A DNA stretch of 37,987 nucleotides from a virus (IMGVR_UViG_3300049016_000030:1-37987); one strand, 5' to 3'. Counted from the first letter of the stretch, positions 1-9,125 are shown. A program made the numbers and translations. The notes: generated from the sequence alone by a model not told the origin.

Positions 1-384
1 CGCCAGTTCACGCGCCTTTCTGATTGCCTCCCGGTCTTTCAGCATTTCTTCTCGATCATTGTCCGCCTCTATCCTCGCGGCCTCGTATTCGATCTTCTTG
101 GCCATCGTTGCAGCCCCTCCCGGCTTTCGCGCGCCAACGGCGTTTAGGACTTCGATAATTTCATCAAGCGGATTGCGGCGTCCGTGCGGATCAGCGTCGC
201 TGTCTTCGTTTACGTCCGGATCGTTTCTCCAACTGCGAACCTGCGCGCCGGTGCACTTGACACCCCTGCGCCTGAGGATTTCGGCGACCCTGTCGGACTC
301 GCCCCTGGGAATTACCTGCTGGAAGATTTCCCACGTCTCCATCTCTTCGATTGTTTTCTGTGAGGTTGTCGGAATACTGGTCAT
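1..384 (-). CDS. Phage regulatory protein, possibly CII-like; 3' end runs off the window
   Basis: Not in the ORF track. I read it from ATG 384 open to base 1: MTSIPTTSQKTIEEMETWEIFQQVIPRGESDRVAEILRRKG...QVRSWR...RRNPLDEIIEVL. HTH-like segment plus NPLD motif; AGGA upstream. Confidence 0.55.
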   Translation of the reverse strand, partial: MTSIPTTSQKTIEEMETWEIFQQVIPRGESDRVAEILRRRGVKCTGAQVRSWRNDPDVNEDSDADPHGRRNPLDEIIEVLNAVGARKPGGAATMAKKIEYEAARIEADNDREEMLKDREAIRKARELA

Positions 385-747
385 ACTGCTTTGAATCCTG
401 TGATATTTGAGGTTGATTTATCGCTTCATCGTGGGGTCGAAGCGTGGTAGGTTTGGCGTATGTATCGCAGGGACTATCGTCAGGCTTTGAGATTCGCTCA
501 TTGGCGATTGAGTAATCGCCTCTGGCATAAGCGCCATATCCGGCGGGGTGTCCAGTTGTAAAAGTAGAGATCATGTGAGGTCTTTGAAAAATCGGTTAGT
601 AATCAATATCGGCAGGCAGTCGTGGTGGGCGGTCTGCCGATAGCTATATAAGGGCGACATAAATGAAAAGAACTTTTCTTCCCGCTTCAGGCGCGGCGCC
701 CGGTCAATCAACAACAACGACGCCGCGCCCTCGTGGGGAGTGGAAGA

Positions 748-972
748 TCAATAACTGTCCCGGTCCGGCCAGGTTTTGCGATGTCCGCCACTATCTCTAT
801 TGGGTGACGTTGCGACGGCGAACCGCTCCACTTCCCAACCCTGCCTGCACTCGTAGCACTCAGCGCGCTCCGGTATCTCGCAGTCGGCGGCGCGGCAATG
901 GATTGGCTTGTTACAGCGCCAATTCGAGCAGTAGTGGGTATGCGGTTTTGAAACGTCGAATTTCTTTTTCAT
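748..972 (-). CDS. Small Cys-rich hypothetical protein
   Basis: MKKKFDVSKPHTHYCSNWRC...CYEC; likely start is ATG 972 inside the listed ORF 748..1068. Confidence 0.5.
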   Translation of the reverse strand: MKKKFDVSKPHTHYCSNWRCNKPIHCRAADCEIPERAECYECRQGWEVERFAVATSPNRDSGGHRKTWPDRDSY

Positions 973-1198
973 TTCTTTATTCCGATACGCGACGGGAAGC
1001 GAGTCCCCCAACCCGACAATCCCGCCGCGCCCGGTAGAACGCAGAGTGGAAAACTCCATTTCCCCCACCCTGCGCAGTTAGGGGCAGTGCCCCTATCCTT
1101 GAAAGATCGAATAACGGGCAGGGCGCCAAGTTCACTCGCTCGGTCCCTGCCCGCGTTTCGGGATCACCGTTGCCGTGGTCCCGAAGGCGTTGAAAGAA

Positions 1199-1435
1199 CT
1201 AGCCGGCGTAACTCTGGGCTACCCAATCTTCGGCGCAGGCGTAGTGAACGTGAGCGTGCGGAGATTCAATGGAGTCCAGCCGATTGCAGAAGTTACGCTC
1301 GAACCCAATCGCGTCGCCGCAGATAGCGCACTTGCTGCTGGCGAGCGCGTGCAGTTCATTGCAGTCCTTGTGTTGACACTCGGTTCCGCACGGACCGAAG
1401 CTTGAGCCGGGTTTTTGAATCTGACTAAAAGCCAT
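1199..1435 (-). CDS. Small Zn-binding hypothetical protein
   Basis: GPCxxxCxHxDC, CAIC and HxxC motifs; purine-rich RBS (AAGGGAAGAG) upstream. Confidence 0.6.
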   Translation of the reverse strand: MAFSQIQKPGSSFGPCGTECQHKDCNELHALASSKCAICGDAIGFERNFCNRLDSIESPHAHVHYACAEDWVAQSYAG

Positions 1436-1559
1436 CGCTCTTCCCTTTCGCGTGGCTGGCAGCTTCCAACTGCCTTCCTCGCTGGTTTAAACCGGCAACG
1501 ATTGTGTTCCTACGGCAACCGCCCCGATCCTGTTGATTACTCGGCGCCGCGTGACGCCG

Positions 1560-1877
1560 CTATTTCAAACCGAAAGATTTCATCGTTCCGGTAGCGCCGA
1601 GGCGCTGAGCTGTTGCCCGCGCACTTTCGTAGCCCATACCGGAGAATTCGCGTTTAGGCAGAACGGGCGTGCGGGTAGACGCAATCCATGCCTCAACGTC
1701 TTCGCGCTTCACATACAGCCGCGTTCTTCGTCCGCCGGGCTGCCAGCGCTCGATTTGTGGGAAATGCTTGTAGGTGCCGTCAGCGTTGCGCATGCGGTAG
1801 TAATCTTCTGGCCGGTGCATGAGCTTTGCGGCGTCGCGGTAGTCGAGCCATTCGGGTTGGGTGTTGGTTTCAGGCAT
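1560..1877 (-). CDS. Excisionase/AlpA-like winged-helix DNA-binding protein
   Basis: WLDYRDAAKLM...GGRRTRLYVKREDVEAWI matches the Xis/HTH_17 pattern; ATG overlaps the upstream stop (TAATG). Confidence 0.65.
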   Translation of the reverse strand: MPETNTQPEWLDYRDAAKLMHRPEDYYRMRNADGTYKHFPQIERWQPGGRRTRLYVKREDVEAWIASTRTPVLPKREFSGMGYESARATAQRLGATGTMKSFGLK

Positions 1878-2188
1878 TACGCCACCTCCACGTTCAGCAG
1901 TTCGTGACGGGCGACTAAGACCGCTTTCCAATAGGCGCGGCCAAGTTGCTGTTGGATCTCCGCTGCCCTGCGCTCAATGGCCATGTGAACCAGAGCGCGT
2001 GCGTGAGCGGAGACGGAATCGGGGTAGATAGATTTGTTGTGGATTTCGGCGATGTGAAAATCGCAGGTCGCGTTCCATTGCTCATCCGTCAGAATCTTGA
2101 TTTGTCGCTGGCGGCGCGGACGTGGCGCCCTTGCTTCAGCGGCTTGCTGGCGGCGGCGGATTGTGGCGGGTGAGTCGTAAATGGGCAT
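1877..2188 (-). CDS. Hypothetical early protein
   Basis: First ORF after the promoter at 2229-2257; translationally coupled to the Xis-like gene. Confidence 0.6.
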   Translation of the reverse strand: MPIYDSPATIRRRQQAAEARAPRPRRQRQIKILTDEQWNATCDFHIAEIHNKSIYPDSVSAHARALVHMAIERRAAEIQQQLGRAYWKAVLVARHELLNVEVA

Positions 2189-2228
2189 AAGTGCTCTCGG
2201 TTTAGTTTCGTTTCAACTGACGAGGCAG

Positions 2229-2259
2229 ACTATAAAATATCTCTTGAGTAAATTCAAGA
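2229..2259 (-). promoter_or_regulatory. Sigma70-type promoter with overlapping palindromic operator
   Basis: TTGAAT-17 nt-TATAGT on the minus strand; palindrome TCTTGA-N6-TCAAGA (2242-2259) covers the -35. Confidence 0.65.
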
Positions 2260-2285
2260 ATTATTTTAGCTGGTAGAGAAAAATT

Positions 2286-2522
2286 TTAGCCAGAGAGCGA
2301 AACTTCTGCCGAGATTAAGGAAGAGACCTGACCATAGGTGACACCCAGCGCCCTGAGTAGAATGGGCAACTTCTCTAGCTTAGGACGATTTTTGCCCTTC
2401 TCATACCCTGATAGCTGCTGCGGACAAAAGATGCCATCCGTCGCGGCACAAATCTCATCGAGGGTGCGACTGCCACGGGCAGCGCGGAGCTTTTTCGGAT
2501 CAATAATAGGAACTTCGTACAT
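2286..2522 (-). CDS. Cro-like XRE HTH regulator
   Basis: KKLRAARGSRTLDEIC...QQLSGYEKGKNRP; short and divergent from the repressor; TTGACA (2552-2557) promoter implies a nearly leaderless mRNA. Confidence 0.8.
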   Translation of the reverse strand: MYEVPIIDPKKLRAARGSRTLDEICAATDGIFCPQQLSGYEKGKNRPKLEKLPILLRALGVTYGQVSSLISAEVSLSG

Positions 2523-2685
2523 GGGCGCAATTTTGCATAATTGTTGAATCGTGTCAACTATTTCTTTACTAGCTTTTTATCAAACTTTTCTTTACTTTTA
2601 CACCTGTAAAGATTTTCTTGAAAAATCGCGTTATCCCAGGAGGGTGTGGATGGATTCAAAAGACGAAACAGAAGATATAGGTACA
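2523..2685. promoter_or_regulatory. Lysis/lysogeny switch intergenic region
   Basis: AT-rich gap between divergent HTH genes; palindromes TTTACAcCTGTAAA (~2597-2610) and GATTTTcttgAAAAATC (2611-2627). Confidence 0.55.
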
Positions 2686-3174
2686 ATGGCAGATAAAATA
2701 AGAATCACAACGCCATTCGGAGAGTGGCTACGAAAAACAAGAGAAGCAAAGGGCTTTACTCAAGAGGATCTAGCAAAAGCGGCCAACAATGTGTGCACTA
2801 GTGCGTATATCAGCACCTTAGAGCGAGGTCAGGACGTAGGGAAGAAGGGGAAGCCTGGACGCCCGAGCGAAGAGATCGTCGAGTCCTTGGCTGTAGCCTT
2901 GGGCGCATCCGTTTTAACCGCTCGCAAGCTTGCCGGCTATGACACTACGGGCCTGCCCGATCCAGCATTAGACGTGCTGAACCAAATTGCCGAACAAGCC
3001 GCAGAGGTAGTGCGTAGCTTTCTCGAATTGCCCGCTGATCGGCGGCGTGAGGCTCTTAATATCATGCGCGTACTAAATAAGGAAAACGTGCAGATCGTTC
3101 GACCTGACGAACTGGACAAGGAAGACGAGCTTAGGAGAATCAGGGGCGCTCAGGGCGCATCCTCTGAGGACTGA
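2686..3174 (+). CDS. CI-like XRE-family repressor with no evident S24 peptidase domain
   Basis: FGEWLRKTREAKGFTQEDLA...SAYISTLERG...PSEEIVESLAVALG; start is ATG 2686 or 2650. Confidence 0.85.
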   Translation: MADKIRITTPFGEWLRKTREAKGFTQEDLAKAANNVCTSAYISTLERGQDVGKKGKPGRPSEEIVESLAVALGASVLTARKLAGYDTTGLPDPALDVLNQIAEQAAEVVRSFLELPADRRREALNIMRVLNKENVQIVRPDELDKEDELRRIRGAQGASSED

Positions 3175-3491
3175 GACTGCCGCGCAACAGCGCTTTCAAC
3201 CAGCGACAGGCGGGCCTCAATGCTGCCTACGCGATCTTGCAGCTCCATAAAGGACCGACTTTTCCCCAGTGCCGATTCGGGAACTATGCATTCCACGGAT
3301 CGGGCTCGAAGAAAGATCTTTTCATCTGGCGTACCATCGGGCTTAAGAAACAGAATCAAGTCCTCAGGGCTAGCTCTGTGCTGGAATGACGGCCTAGCCA
3401 CTGGGAACTTTGAGCCATCGTGCATAAACACATGGAGCACTTCTTTTGGCGCTTCTTCTTGATCCTCGGGAATCTCTATCAGGTCGTTCAT
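3150..3491 (-). CDS. Hypothetical protein with C-terminal coiled coil
   Basis: 113-aa ORF with protein-like composition, convergent with and overlapping the repressor end. Confidence 0.55.
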   Translation of the reverse strand: MNDLIEIPEDQEEAPKEVLHVFMHDGSKFPVARPSFQHRASPEDLILFLKPDGTPDEKIFLRARSVECIVPESALGKSRSFMELQDRVGSIEARLSLVESAVARQSQSSEDAP

Positions 3492-3792
3492 GGCAAAAAA
3501 TCATAACGCAATTCTCTAAATATGCAAAGAAAGGATGGCCCAACACAGGATGAGACAGTCTTCGCCAATTTAATCTTGGACCCTCATGACACAGGCCCAG
3601 AACTTAAACACCTCAATAAGCCGCCCCGAATACATAAACGTCATGTAGCGTAGCTTATGTGCCTTGTCGAAGTTCAGGAATATATCCCTGCTAACCGGAT
3701 ATTCCCCACGAAATCCGCGCGACACGATTCCTCACCGGCCCCGACGCGCACACCAATAACGCTACTCTTGCAATCAAGGAGTAAGCACATAT

Positions 3793-4044
3793 ATGCCTTA
3801 TTTCAAGGTCGTCAGTCCCTATTGTGGCCTGCCGCTTGGCCGCATTGTCAAAGTTGTTCCCAAATTCCCAATTGAGACCGGTGAGACGGTGGTCTGCTCC
3901 ATTGACGGACGGATCACCTCTGGTGCATGGCATGAGAACGTGGCCGGGCTTCCCTGGATACGACAGCGTGGTCGCTTGATCCCGCTGATAGGCAAGATCG
4001 TTGTTAGCATTCTCGGAGTAATTGAGCAGGACGACGAGGAATAG
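3793..4044 (+). CDS. Hypothetical beta-rich protein, possibly a degenerate S24-like fold
   Basis: AAGGAG RBS; GETVVCSIDG...SILGVI resembles the S24 strand pattern without catalytic residues. Confidence 0.5.
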   Translation: MPYFKVVSPYCGLPLGRIVKVVPKFPIETGETVVCSIDGRITSGAWHENVAGLPWIRQRGRLIPLIGKIVVSILGVIEQDDEE

Positions 4045-4259
4045 CACTCTTATAAACCCTTCCCTGCTACCCCTTTGGCGAGGGATCAACCTCGCGATCC
4101 GGACGCCTCCCGGACGCGGGCTTTAGCACCAGTTTTATGGAATTAGATCCTATACAAGAATCGATCAATCCTGCTCGATTCCCCACGGCGCCCCGCGCTC
4201 TGGTCGCAGACGGAGCGTGGGGTTAACCATCAACCGCAGCCATACAAAGGAATCACCCA

Positions 4260-4505
4260 ATGAAAAAATCGATCATCGCTCTCTGTCTCGCAATGTCGCT
4301 GATCTTCTCAGCGTTAATTGAATCATCCGCGTTCGCGCAGCGCGGTCGTACACGATCGAGATCTACCGCCGCGTCAAAATCAAGAAGCGCTAGTTCGCGT
4401 AGATCGTCTTCGACTCAATGCCTAGCCGCGACAAAGCGCGGATCTCAATGCAGGCGAATGACGCGCAGTTCGAACGGGTATTGTTGGCAACATGGCGGGA
4501 ATTAA
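4260..4505 (+). CDS. Secreted small basic protein with a C-terminal CCCH Zn motif (DUF5763-like)
   Basis: Signal peptide MKKSIIALCLAMSLIFSALIESSAFA; QCLAATKRGSQC...GYCWQH; AAGGA RBS. Confidence 0.7.
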   Translation: MKKSIIALCLAMSLIFSALIESSAFAQRGRTRSRSTAASKSRSASSRRSSSTQCLAATKRGSQCRRMTRSSNGYCWQHGGN

Positions 4506-4615
4506 CAACATCCTCAGCGAGCGGGCACGTCGTGGGGTTGCCTGCTTTTAGGGTAGCCGGGGCGCTTTGAGGGAGGAGCCCCGGTTGAAATATCGACCAG
4601 AAAGGAATCGGCCAT

Positions 4616-5215
4616 ATGCCAGAAGCCACTAAATTCTGCTTCCACTGCGGCCAGCAGAACAATCTCAGCGCTCAGTTTTGCCAGAAGTGCGGGGCGAAAT
4701 ACGAAGGCGCACCGCCGCCCCTAGCATCGGAAGTATCCGTCCGCAATCCCGGCCTTTGGGTCTTCATCGGCCTCTTGGGCCTTTTCTTTGGCGGGCTGCT
4801 TATTATCTGGAGTCCAAGGCCCACGGCTCCCGTCGCGACCGCCAAGCCGATGCTGACACTAAGCCCAACGCCCACTATCAGCGCTGAGCGAATGGTTTTG
4901 GATAATGCGCAGGTCACGGCCTATGTGGAGTGCGTTGACCGTGAGTATAAGAGATACAAGATTCGTTTTATCATAAAGCGCCCTGGCAGCTCGCTTATTG
5001 CGCCAATCTTGCGCCAGATCGGTAATCCAAAGACTTATTCCCTCTTCGTCAACGGCGTGGATACGGGTGACGATTTTGCATTCAGTCCGAACATGGCGGC
5101 CTTCGATCAAAACGGCGAATTGATTTCAACGGATTTTGTTTCTCGCCCGCTCAATGGCGATGTCAAGCTAGGACTGGCCTATCACGATCTGATAGTAAAA
5201 TACGAAAACAAATAA
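4616..5215 (+). CDS. Zinc-ribbon plus single-TM membrane protein
   Basis: FCFHCG...FCQKCG, hydrophobic LWVFIGLLGLFFGGLLIIW, Pro/Thr-rich linker. Confidence 0.75.
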   Translation: MPEATKFCFHCGQQNNLSAQFCQKCGAKYEGAPPPLASEVSVRNPGLWVFIGLLGLFFGGLLIIWSPRPTAPVATAKPMLTLSPTPTISAERMVLDNAQVTAYVECVDREYKRYKIRFIIKRPGSSLIAPILRQIGNPKTYSLFVNGVDTGDDFAFSPNMAAFDQNGELISTDFVSRPLNGDVKLGLAYHDLIVKYENK

Positions 5216-5369
5216 TCTCCACCTCGCGGGCGAGTGCGTCCCCAGCGCATTTTCCGCCCGCCGACACCGGGGCGTCCTCGAGGGAGGCCGCGCCCCGGTG
5301 TGACATTCCCCACACCCAAACATCCGGCGTGTGACGCAAGAGAGCCCGCACGCCGGATTGATAAATCTT

Positions 5370-6545
5370 ATGATCGACAAGAAATATTCACCAAAACACG
5401 GCCGCAAGATGTGGGGCTACGATGAAAGGTTTCTGGACGGCGCGGGCCGGACAAAACGCGTCCGCCGGTACGAATTCGAGACGCGCGACGAAGCCGAGGA
5501 GATGGTTGCCGCATTGAGAAGGGCAGAACGAGAGAGGGAGTACGGATTAAGCCCCTTGATCAACCGCCCGACGCTGCAAGAATTGATTGAAAAACGCATA
5601 CCGACATTGGCGGAAAGGGCCGAGCGGAGCAGGGCAAGAAGGGTTTTATATACCTGGCTGTCGCTGCTGGATGCGAGGGTGAAACTGGATAAAACCTATT
5701 CTCCCCTTCCCGGCTACCGATCGCCGGTGAAAATCGACGAGGTGGATACGCCGAAGATTCGGATCTATGTCATCCGGCGCCAGGGAGAAAAGCAGAGTGC
5801 CGCGTCTATCAACCGTGAATTAAACATAATTGGCGCCACACTTCACCAGGCGGAAGAGTTCTTTTCGGAGTTAAAGCAATGGAAGGCGCCGAAGATTCCC
5901 CGGCTGAAAGTTGTCAAAAGTCGCCGCGAGAGACTGATTACGGAGGACGAATACGACCGCCTGGTCGCTCATTTACGACGCGGGCCTGACGAGCTGGACG
6001 GTGATGGGCGTAGCCAGAATCGGCAGAATGCTTATCAGGCGAGGGTAAGAGTTGCACAGATTCTTGAATTTGCCATGCTTACCGCGGCGCGACATGGAGA
6101 AATTGTGGCCCTGAAATGGTCGGACATTTCCTGGGAGCGGTCGAAGGTGCTGATTTATCAGAAGAAGACCGGAGACTACAAAGAGGTTCCGCTGATTCCG
6201 TCCTTAAAGGCCCTGCTTGAAGAGCGCAAGCCGGCTACGGGCCGTTTCGTGTTCACCGAAGGCGGTAACATCTATCCGAAGTTCTATCGGGTCTTAAAAG
6301 AGGCATGCGGGCAGCTGGGCATTCCGTATGGTAAGAACATTGAAGATGGGCTGGTGCTTCATGCGGCGAGGCATACCGTCACGACGCGATTAGTCGAAGC
6401 CGGGCTGGATTACGACACCATTGGGTTGATTACAGGGCATCGCGCAAAAGAACTGATTGCTCACTACTCCCATAAGCACCCTGCCTCGGTCGCGCGCGCC
6501 GCCGAAGCTCTCGAAAAAATCCACACCCGCCGAGAAGAATCTTGA
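5370..6545 (+). CDS. int: Phage tyrosine integrase
   Basis: TAARHGE (R), KT (K), LHAARH (HxxR), TGH, HYSH (Y); N-terminal arm-binding-like domain (FETRDEAE). Confidence 0.93.
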   Translation: MIDKKYSPKHGRKMWGYDERFLDGAGRTKRVRRYEFETRDEAEEMVAALRRAEREREYGLSPLINRPTLQELIEKRIPTLAERAERSRARRVLYTWLSLLDARVKLDKTYSPLPGYRSPVKIDEVDTPKIRIYVIRRQGEKQSAASINRELNIIGATLHQAEEFFSELKQWKAPKIPRLKVVKSRRERLITEDEYDRLVAHLRRGPDELDGDGRSQNRQNAYQARVRVAQILEFAMLTAARHGEIVALKWSDISWERSKVLIYQKKTGDYKEVPLIPSLKALLEERKPATGRFVFTEGGNIYPKFYRVLKEACGQLGIPYGKNIEDGLVLHAARHTVTTRLVEAGLDYDTIGLITGHRAKELIAHYSHKHPASVARAAEALEKIHTRREES

Positions 6546-6550
6546 TAAGC

Positions 6551-6767
6551 TTGGACAGAATTTGGACAGAAATAAAAACCACCGCTGAAAATAAACAACT
6601 TAACCGCTATAAATAATGCCGAGGGCGGGACATGTGGTGTATTTTCAGCAACTTACAAACAGGCCGGATATTATTGCCATTTAAACCACTTATCGGACTG
6701 CCTGCTCTCACCGAATCTACCGAATAAACCGCATATTCCGATTATCTTGGGCAAATTATGGACAGCG
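6551..6767. other. attP site: arm-type repeats flanking a tRNA-Leu-like core
   Basis: TTGGACAGAA at 6551 and 6562; TTGGGCAAAT and ATGGACAGCG at 6747 and 6758; core 6617-6631 reads GTCCCGCCCTCGGCA on the minus strand. Confidence 0.75.
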
Positions 6768-6924
6768 ATTTTTGACCGTGATATTGTCCTTCCGTTCCAC
6801 GGCAACCTGCCGACGCCGTCAGACGCTTCCAACGTCTGACGAACCAATCCTGAACAATTCACCATTAACGCTGTCCGTGTACCCACACGGCGCGGCGTCC
6901 TTTCCACGAACTCAGGAGAAATTC

Positions 6925-7047
6925 ATGTCTGTCGAACTCGAACAAACTCAAGAACAAACACTCGAACAAACCGAACCCGAAGCGCCGGCTGAAACGACCG
7001 ACGAGGCCACGACGGCCGAACTGGAAAAGCCGGAAGCGGAGGGCTAA
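6925..7047 (+). CDS. 40-aa highly acidic peptide
   Basis: CAGGAG RBS; MSVELEQTQEQTLEQTEPEAPAETTDEATTAELEKPEAEG. Confidence 0.6.
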   Translation: MSVELEQTQEQTLEQTEPEAPAETTDEATTAELEKPEAEG

Positions 7048-7194
7048 ACGCGCGAACGCCTGGCAGGGCCGTCTCGACAACTACCCTACCAGGCGCTTTA
7101 CCGCATTCACCTTAACAGCACATGCGGCAGGCGTAGTTTATAGCAAACGCTGCAATTTGCCACGCCTGACCGCTCCCGATAGGGAAGGGAGCAT

Positions 7195-7917
7195 ATGGAA
7201 ACTCGGAGCGTACAGGACGCATTCAAATACAACCGCGCCAGGAAGAACGTGATTATCGGGGGAGCAGTGATATTGATATGCATCACCGCTCTTTCGTGCG
7301 TTTCTTCCTACACGATCTACAACGAAGGCTTTGCCGATATGCCTTTCATCTTCCAACAGGCGTTGAGCCTCTTCGCCGTCATCGTCGTTGAAGGCGCGTT
7401 CGTGTGGCTGGTATACGGCTTTACCCGCGCCTTCTCTTCCGCGTTCGAGCGATTGATTTCGCTTGTCGGACTCGGGTTCCTCGTCGTCGTCATGCTGATC
7501 AATCTGATCACCCATTTCATGATGGCCAAAGGCTATCAGTTGTCAGACTTCCAACAGTCCTGGGTGGCGTGGGGCGCGGTGACGGTATTCATCGCGGTCT
7601 TGATAATCGTCCTACTCATCACCCTGGGCGACCCGGTGATCAGGTTAATCCGCCTCGAACTGCGATTCCTTGGTAAGCAACAAGAGAAGATTCTTGAAGC
7701 TAAAACCGACGCATTGGACAGCGACAAGATTCAAGCCGCGATGGCTGAAAGGGCGGACTACGAAGCTGATGAACTCGCGAAAAAGATCATCAGCGGATCG
7801 ACCGGCCAACTGCCCCGCTACAACCCCGTCCACGCTGTGACACGGCGGCAGGCTGGATTCAACCCAGACGAGCGAGACGAGTATGACGGCCCAAAATCGC
7901 AGACGAATCGGGACTAA
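7195..7917 (+). CDS. Four-TM membrane protein with cytoplasmic helical tail
   Basis: Four hydrophobic segments; GGGAG RBS. Confidence 0.8.
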   Translation: METRSVQDAFKYNRARKNVIIGGAVILICITALSCVSSYTIYNEGFADMPFIFQQALSLFAVIVVEGAFVWLVYGFTRAFSSAFERLISLVGLGFLVVVMLINLITHFMMAKGYQLSDFQQSWVAWGAVTVFIAVLIIVLLITLGDPVIRLIRLELRFLGKQQEKILEAKTDALDSDKIQAAMAERADYEADELAKKIISGSTGQLPRYNPVHAVTRRQAGFNPDERDEYDGPKSQTNRD

Positions 7918-7949
7918 ACGCCGCGCCCGGTTCGTCGAATCGGGCGGCA

Positions 7950-8567
7950 ATGGAGGTGGTGAATGAAGAACAAGAGCCGAATTCTGAATTGGGGAGTGGC
8001 GATCGAGATCGGAATTATGGTGGTGACCATGTTGATTTACGCGTGGCTGAAGAGCGGCTGGAAGGGGTGACGGAAGCAAAAGCTGAACACTCAGCCAGCC
8101 AGCCGACTGAGTTACAAGCTGGACACTCAGCCTGGAACGCTGAGCACTCAGCGGCGCCGCTGAAACTGGTCCCGGCTGAGCACTCAGTCAGGCCCGCAAG
8201 CGTGGCCCCGATCAAGCGCCCCGTTGAGAAAGTCAGCCGTCCGGTGCCGAGACGCCAAACGGTTGAAAAGAAAGACAATGTTGTTCAACTGAACACTCAG
8301 CGGGGATTGGTTTTTGACAAGTCTCAATGGAAGCGCAGCCGGAAGAAAGAAGGCTATCTGATCCGCCGACTATCCGGCTACAACATAGCCGAGACTGAGT
8401 ATGGGATTTCGTACCTTTGGGTAGTCAGCCGGAAGCCGGATCGCACGACGGCTGATAACTCAGTCCACCCGGCGGCGGGCTATTTCAACTGGGAATCCCT
8501 GGAGAATACAGGATTACTTGTAAAGGAGAGAAAGAGTGACAGACGAGATAAAACAGCCGTTGGATGA
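7950..8567 (+). CDS. Hypothetical protein with low-complexity N-terminus (AEHS repeats)
   Basis: 205-aa ORF; start uncertain. Confidence 0.6.
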   Translation: MEVVNEEQEPNSELGSGDRDRNYGGDHVDLRVAEERLEGVTEAKAEHSASQPTELQAGHSAWNAEHSAAPLKLVPAEHSVRPASVAPIKRPVEKVSRPVPRRQTVEKKDNVVQLNTQRGLVFDKSQWKRSRKKEGYLIRRLSGYNIAETEYGISYLWVVSRKPDRTTADNSVHPAAGYFNWESLENTGLLVKERKSDRRDKTAVG

Positions 8568-8784
8568 CCAGATTATGCAGGCGCTGGCGCAGGCTCATTT
8601 GAGCATGCTGACTCAGGCGGCGAAGGGGAATTTCAGGATGACATCTGAAGACGCTGAGTCACGCCAGGCGTGGCTGATTGGATTCATCCGCACTGGCGCC
8701 GGGATAGTCAGCGAAGAGAATCGGCGCCTTGCGCAACAAGTAAACGACCTGCTGAGCACTCAGTCAGGAATGCTGAGCACTCAG
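8082..8784. repeat. Dispersed palindromic repeats, consensus GCTGAGCACTCAG (8 or more copies)
   Basis: Copies at 8082, 8118, 8139, 8175, 8288, 8451, 8751 and 8772. Confidence 0.85.
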
Positions 8785-8799
8785 CCAAACGCGGCATAA
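8536..8799 (+). CDS. Hypothetical protein
   Basis: AAGGAG RBS with GTG start. Confidence 0.65.
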   Translation: MTDEIKQPLDDQIMQALAQAHLSMLTQAAKGNFRMTSEDAESRQAWLIGFIRTGAGIVSEENRRLAQQVNDLLSTQSGMLSTQPNAA

Positions 8800-8808
8800 G
8801 GAGACCCC

Positions 8809-8949
8809 ATGAAAGAACTAGGAGAACTACGAAAGAACATCAACGAAGGACAGCAATTGGCGCAGAGCGTAGGACGCTGGCAGGTTGCGTTCATTGTGGC
8901 CGTCGTTGTGGCGGCGCTCGCGACCATTGTTTTCTTGTCACAAATATAA
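8809..8949 (+). CDS. 46-aa single-TM protein
   Basis: Not in the track; AAGGAG RBS; MKELGELRKNINEGQQLAQSVGRWQVAFIVAVVVAALATIVFLSQI. Confidence 0.6.
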   Translation: MKELGELRKNINEGQQLAQSVGRWQVAFIVAVVVAALATIVFLSQI

Positions 8950-8969
8950 ATCCAACAAGGAGACCCCAT

Positions 8970-9125
8970 ATGAACAACGGACCAGAGATACCACCAGCAG
9001 CAAAAGTCTTACTACTAATCCTACTCGCGTTCGGCCTGTGGCTCGTTTCTCTCGCGTACAAACACGCGGGAGAGCCGAGCGTTCCGACTGCTGAGACGCT
9101 GGGGCGGAAGAGGCAGGTGAAATGA
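8970..9125 (+). CDS. 51-aa single-TM protein
   Basis: AAGGAG RBS; VLLLILLAFGLWLVSLAY; ATGA overlap with the methyltransferase. Confidence 0.6.
   Translation: MNNGPEIPPAAKVLLLILLAFGLWLVSLAYKHAGEPSVPTAETLGRKRQVK

Noticed and set aside
191-574. Listed 127-aa minus-strand ORF
   Set aside because: It overlaps a more protein-like frame starting at 384; probably a shadow ORF, at least in its 3' half.
6610-6700. tRNA gene
   Set aside because: Only about 15 nt of a tRNA 3' end are present and no cloverleaf forms; interpreted as the att core.
8082-8784. GCTGAGCACTCAG repeats as a CRISPR array
   Set aside because: The units are only 13 bp, irregularly spaced and inside ORFs.
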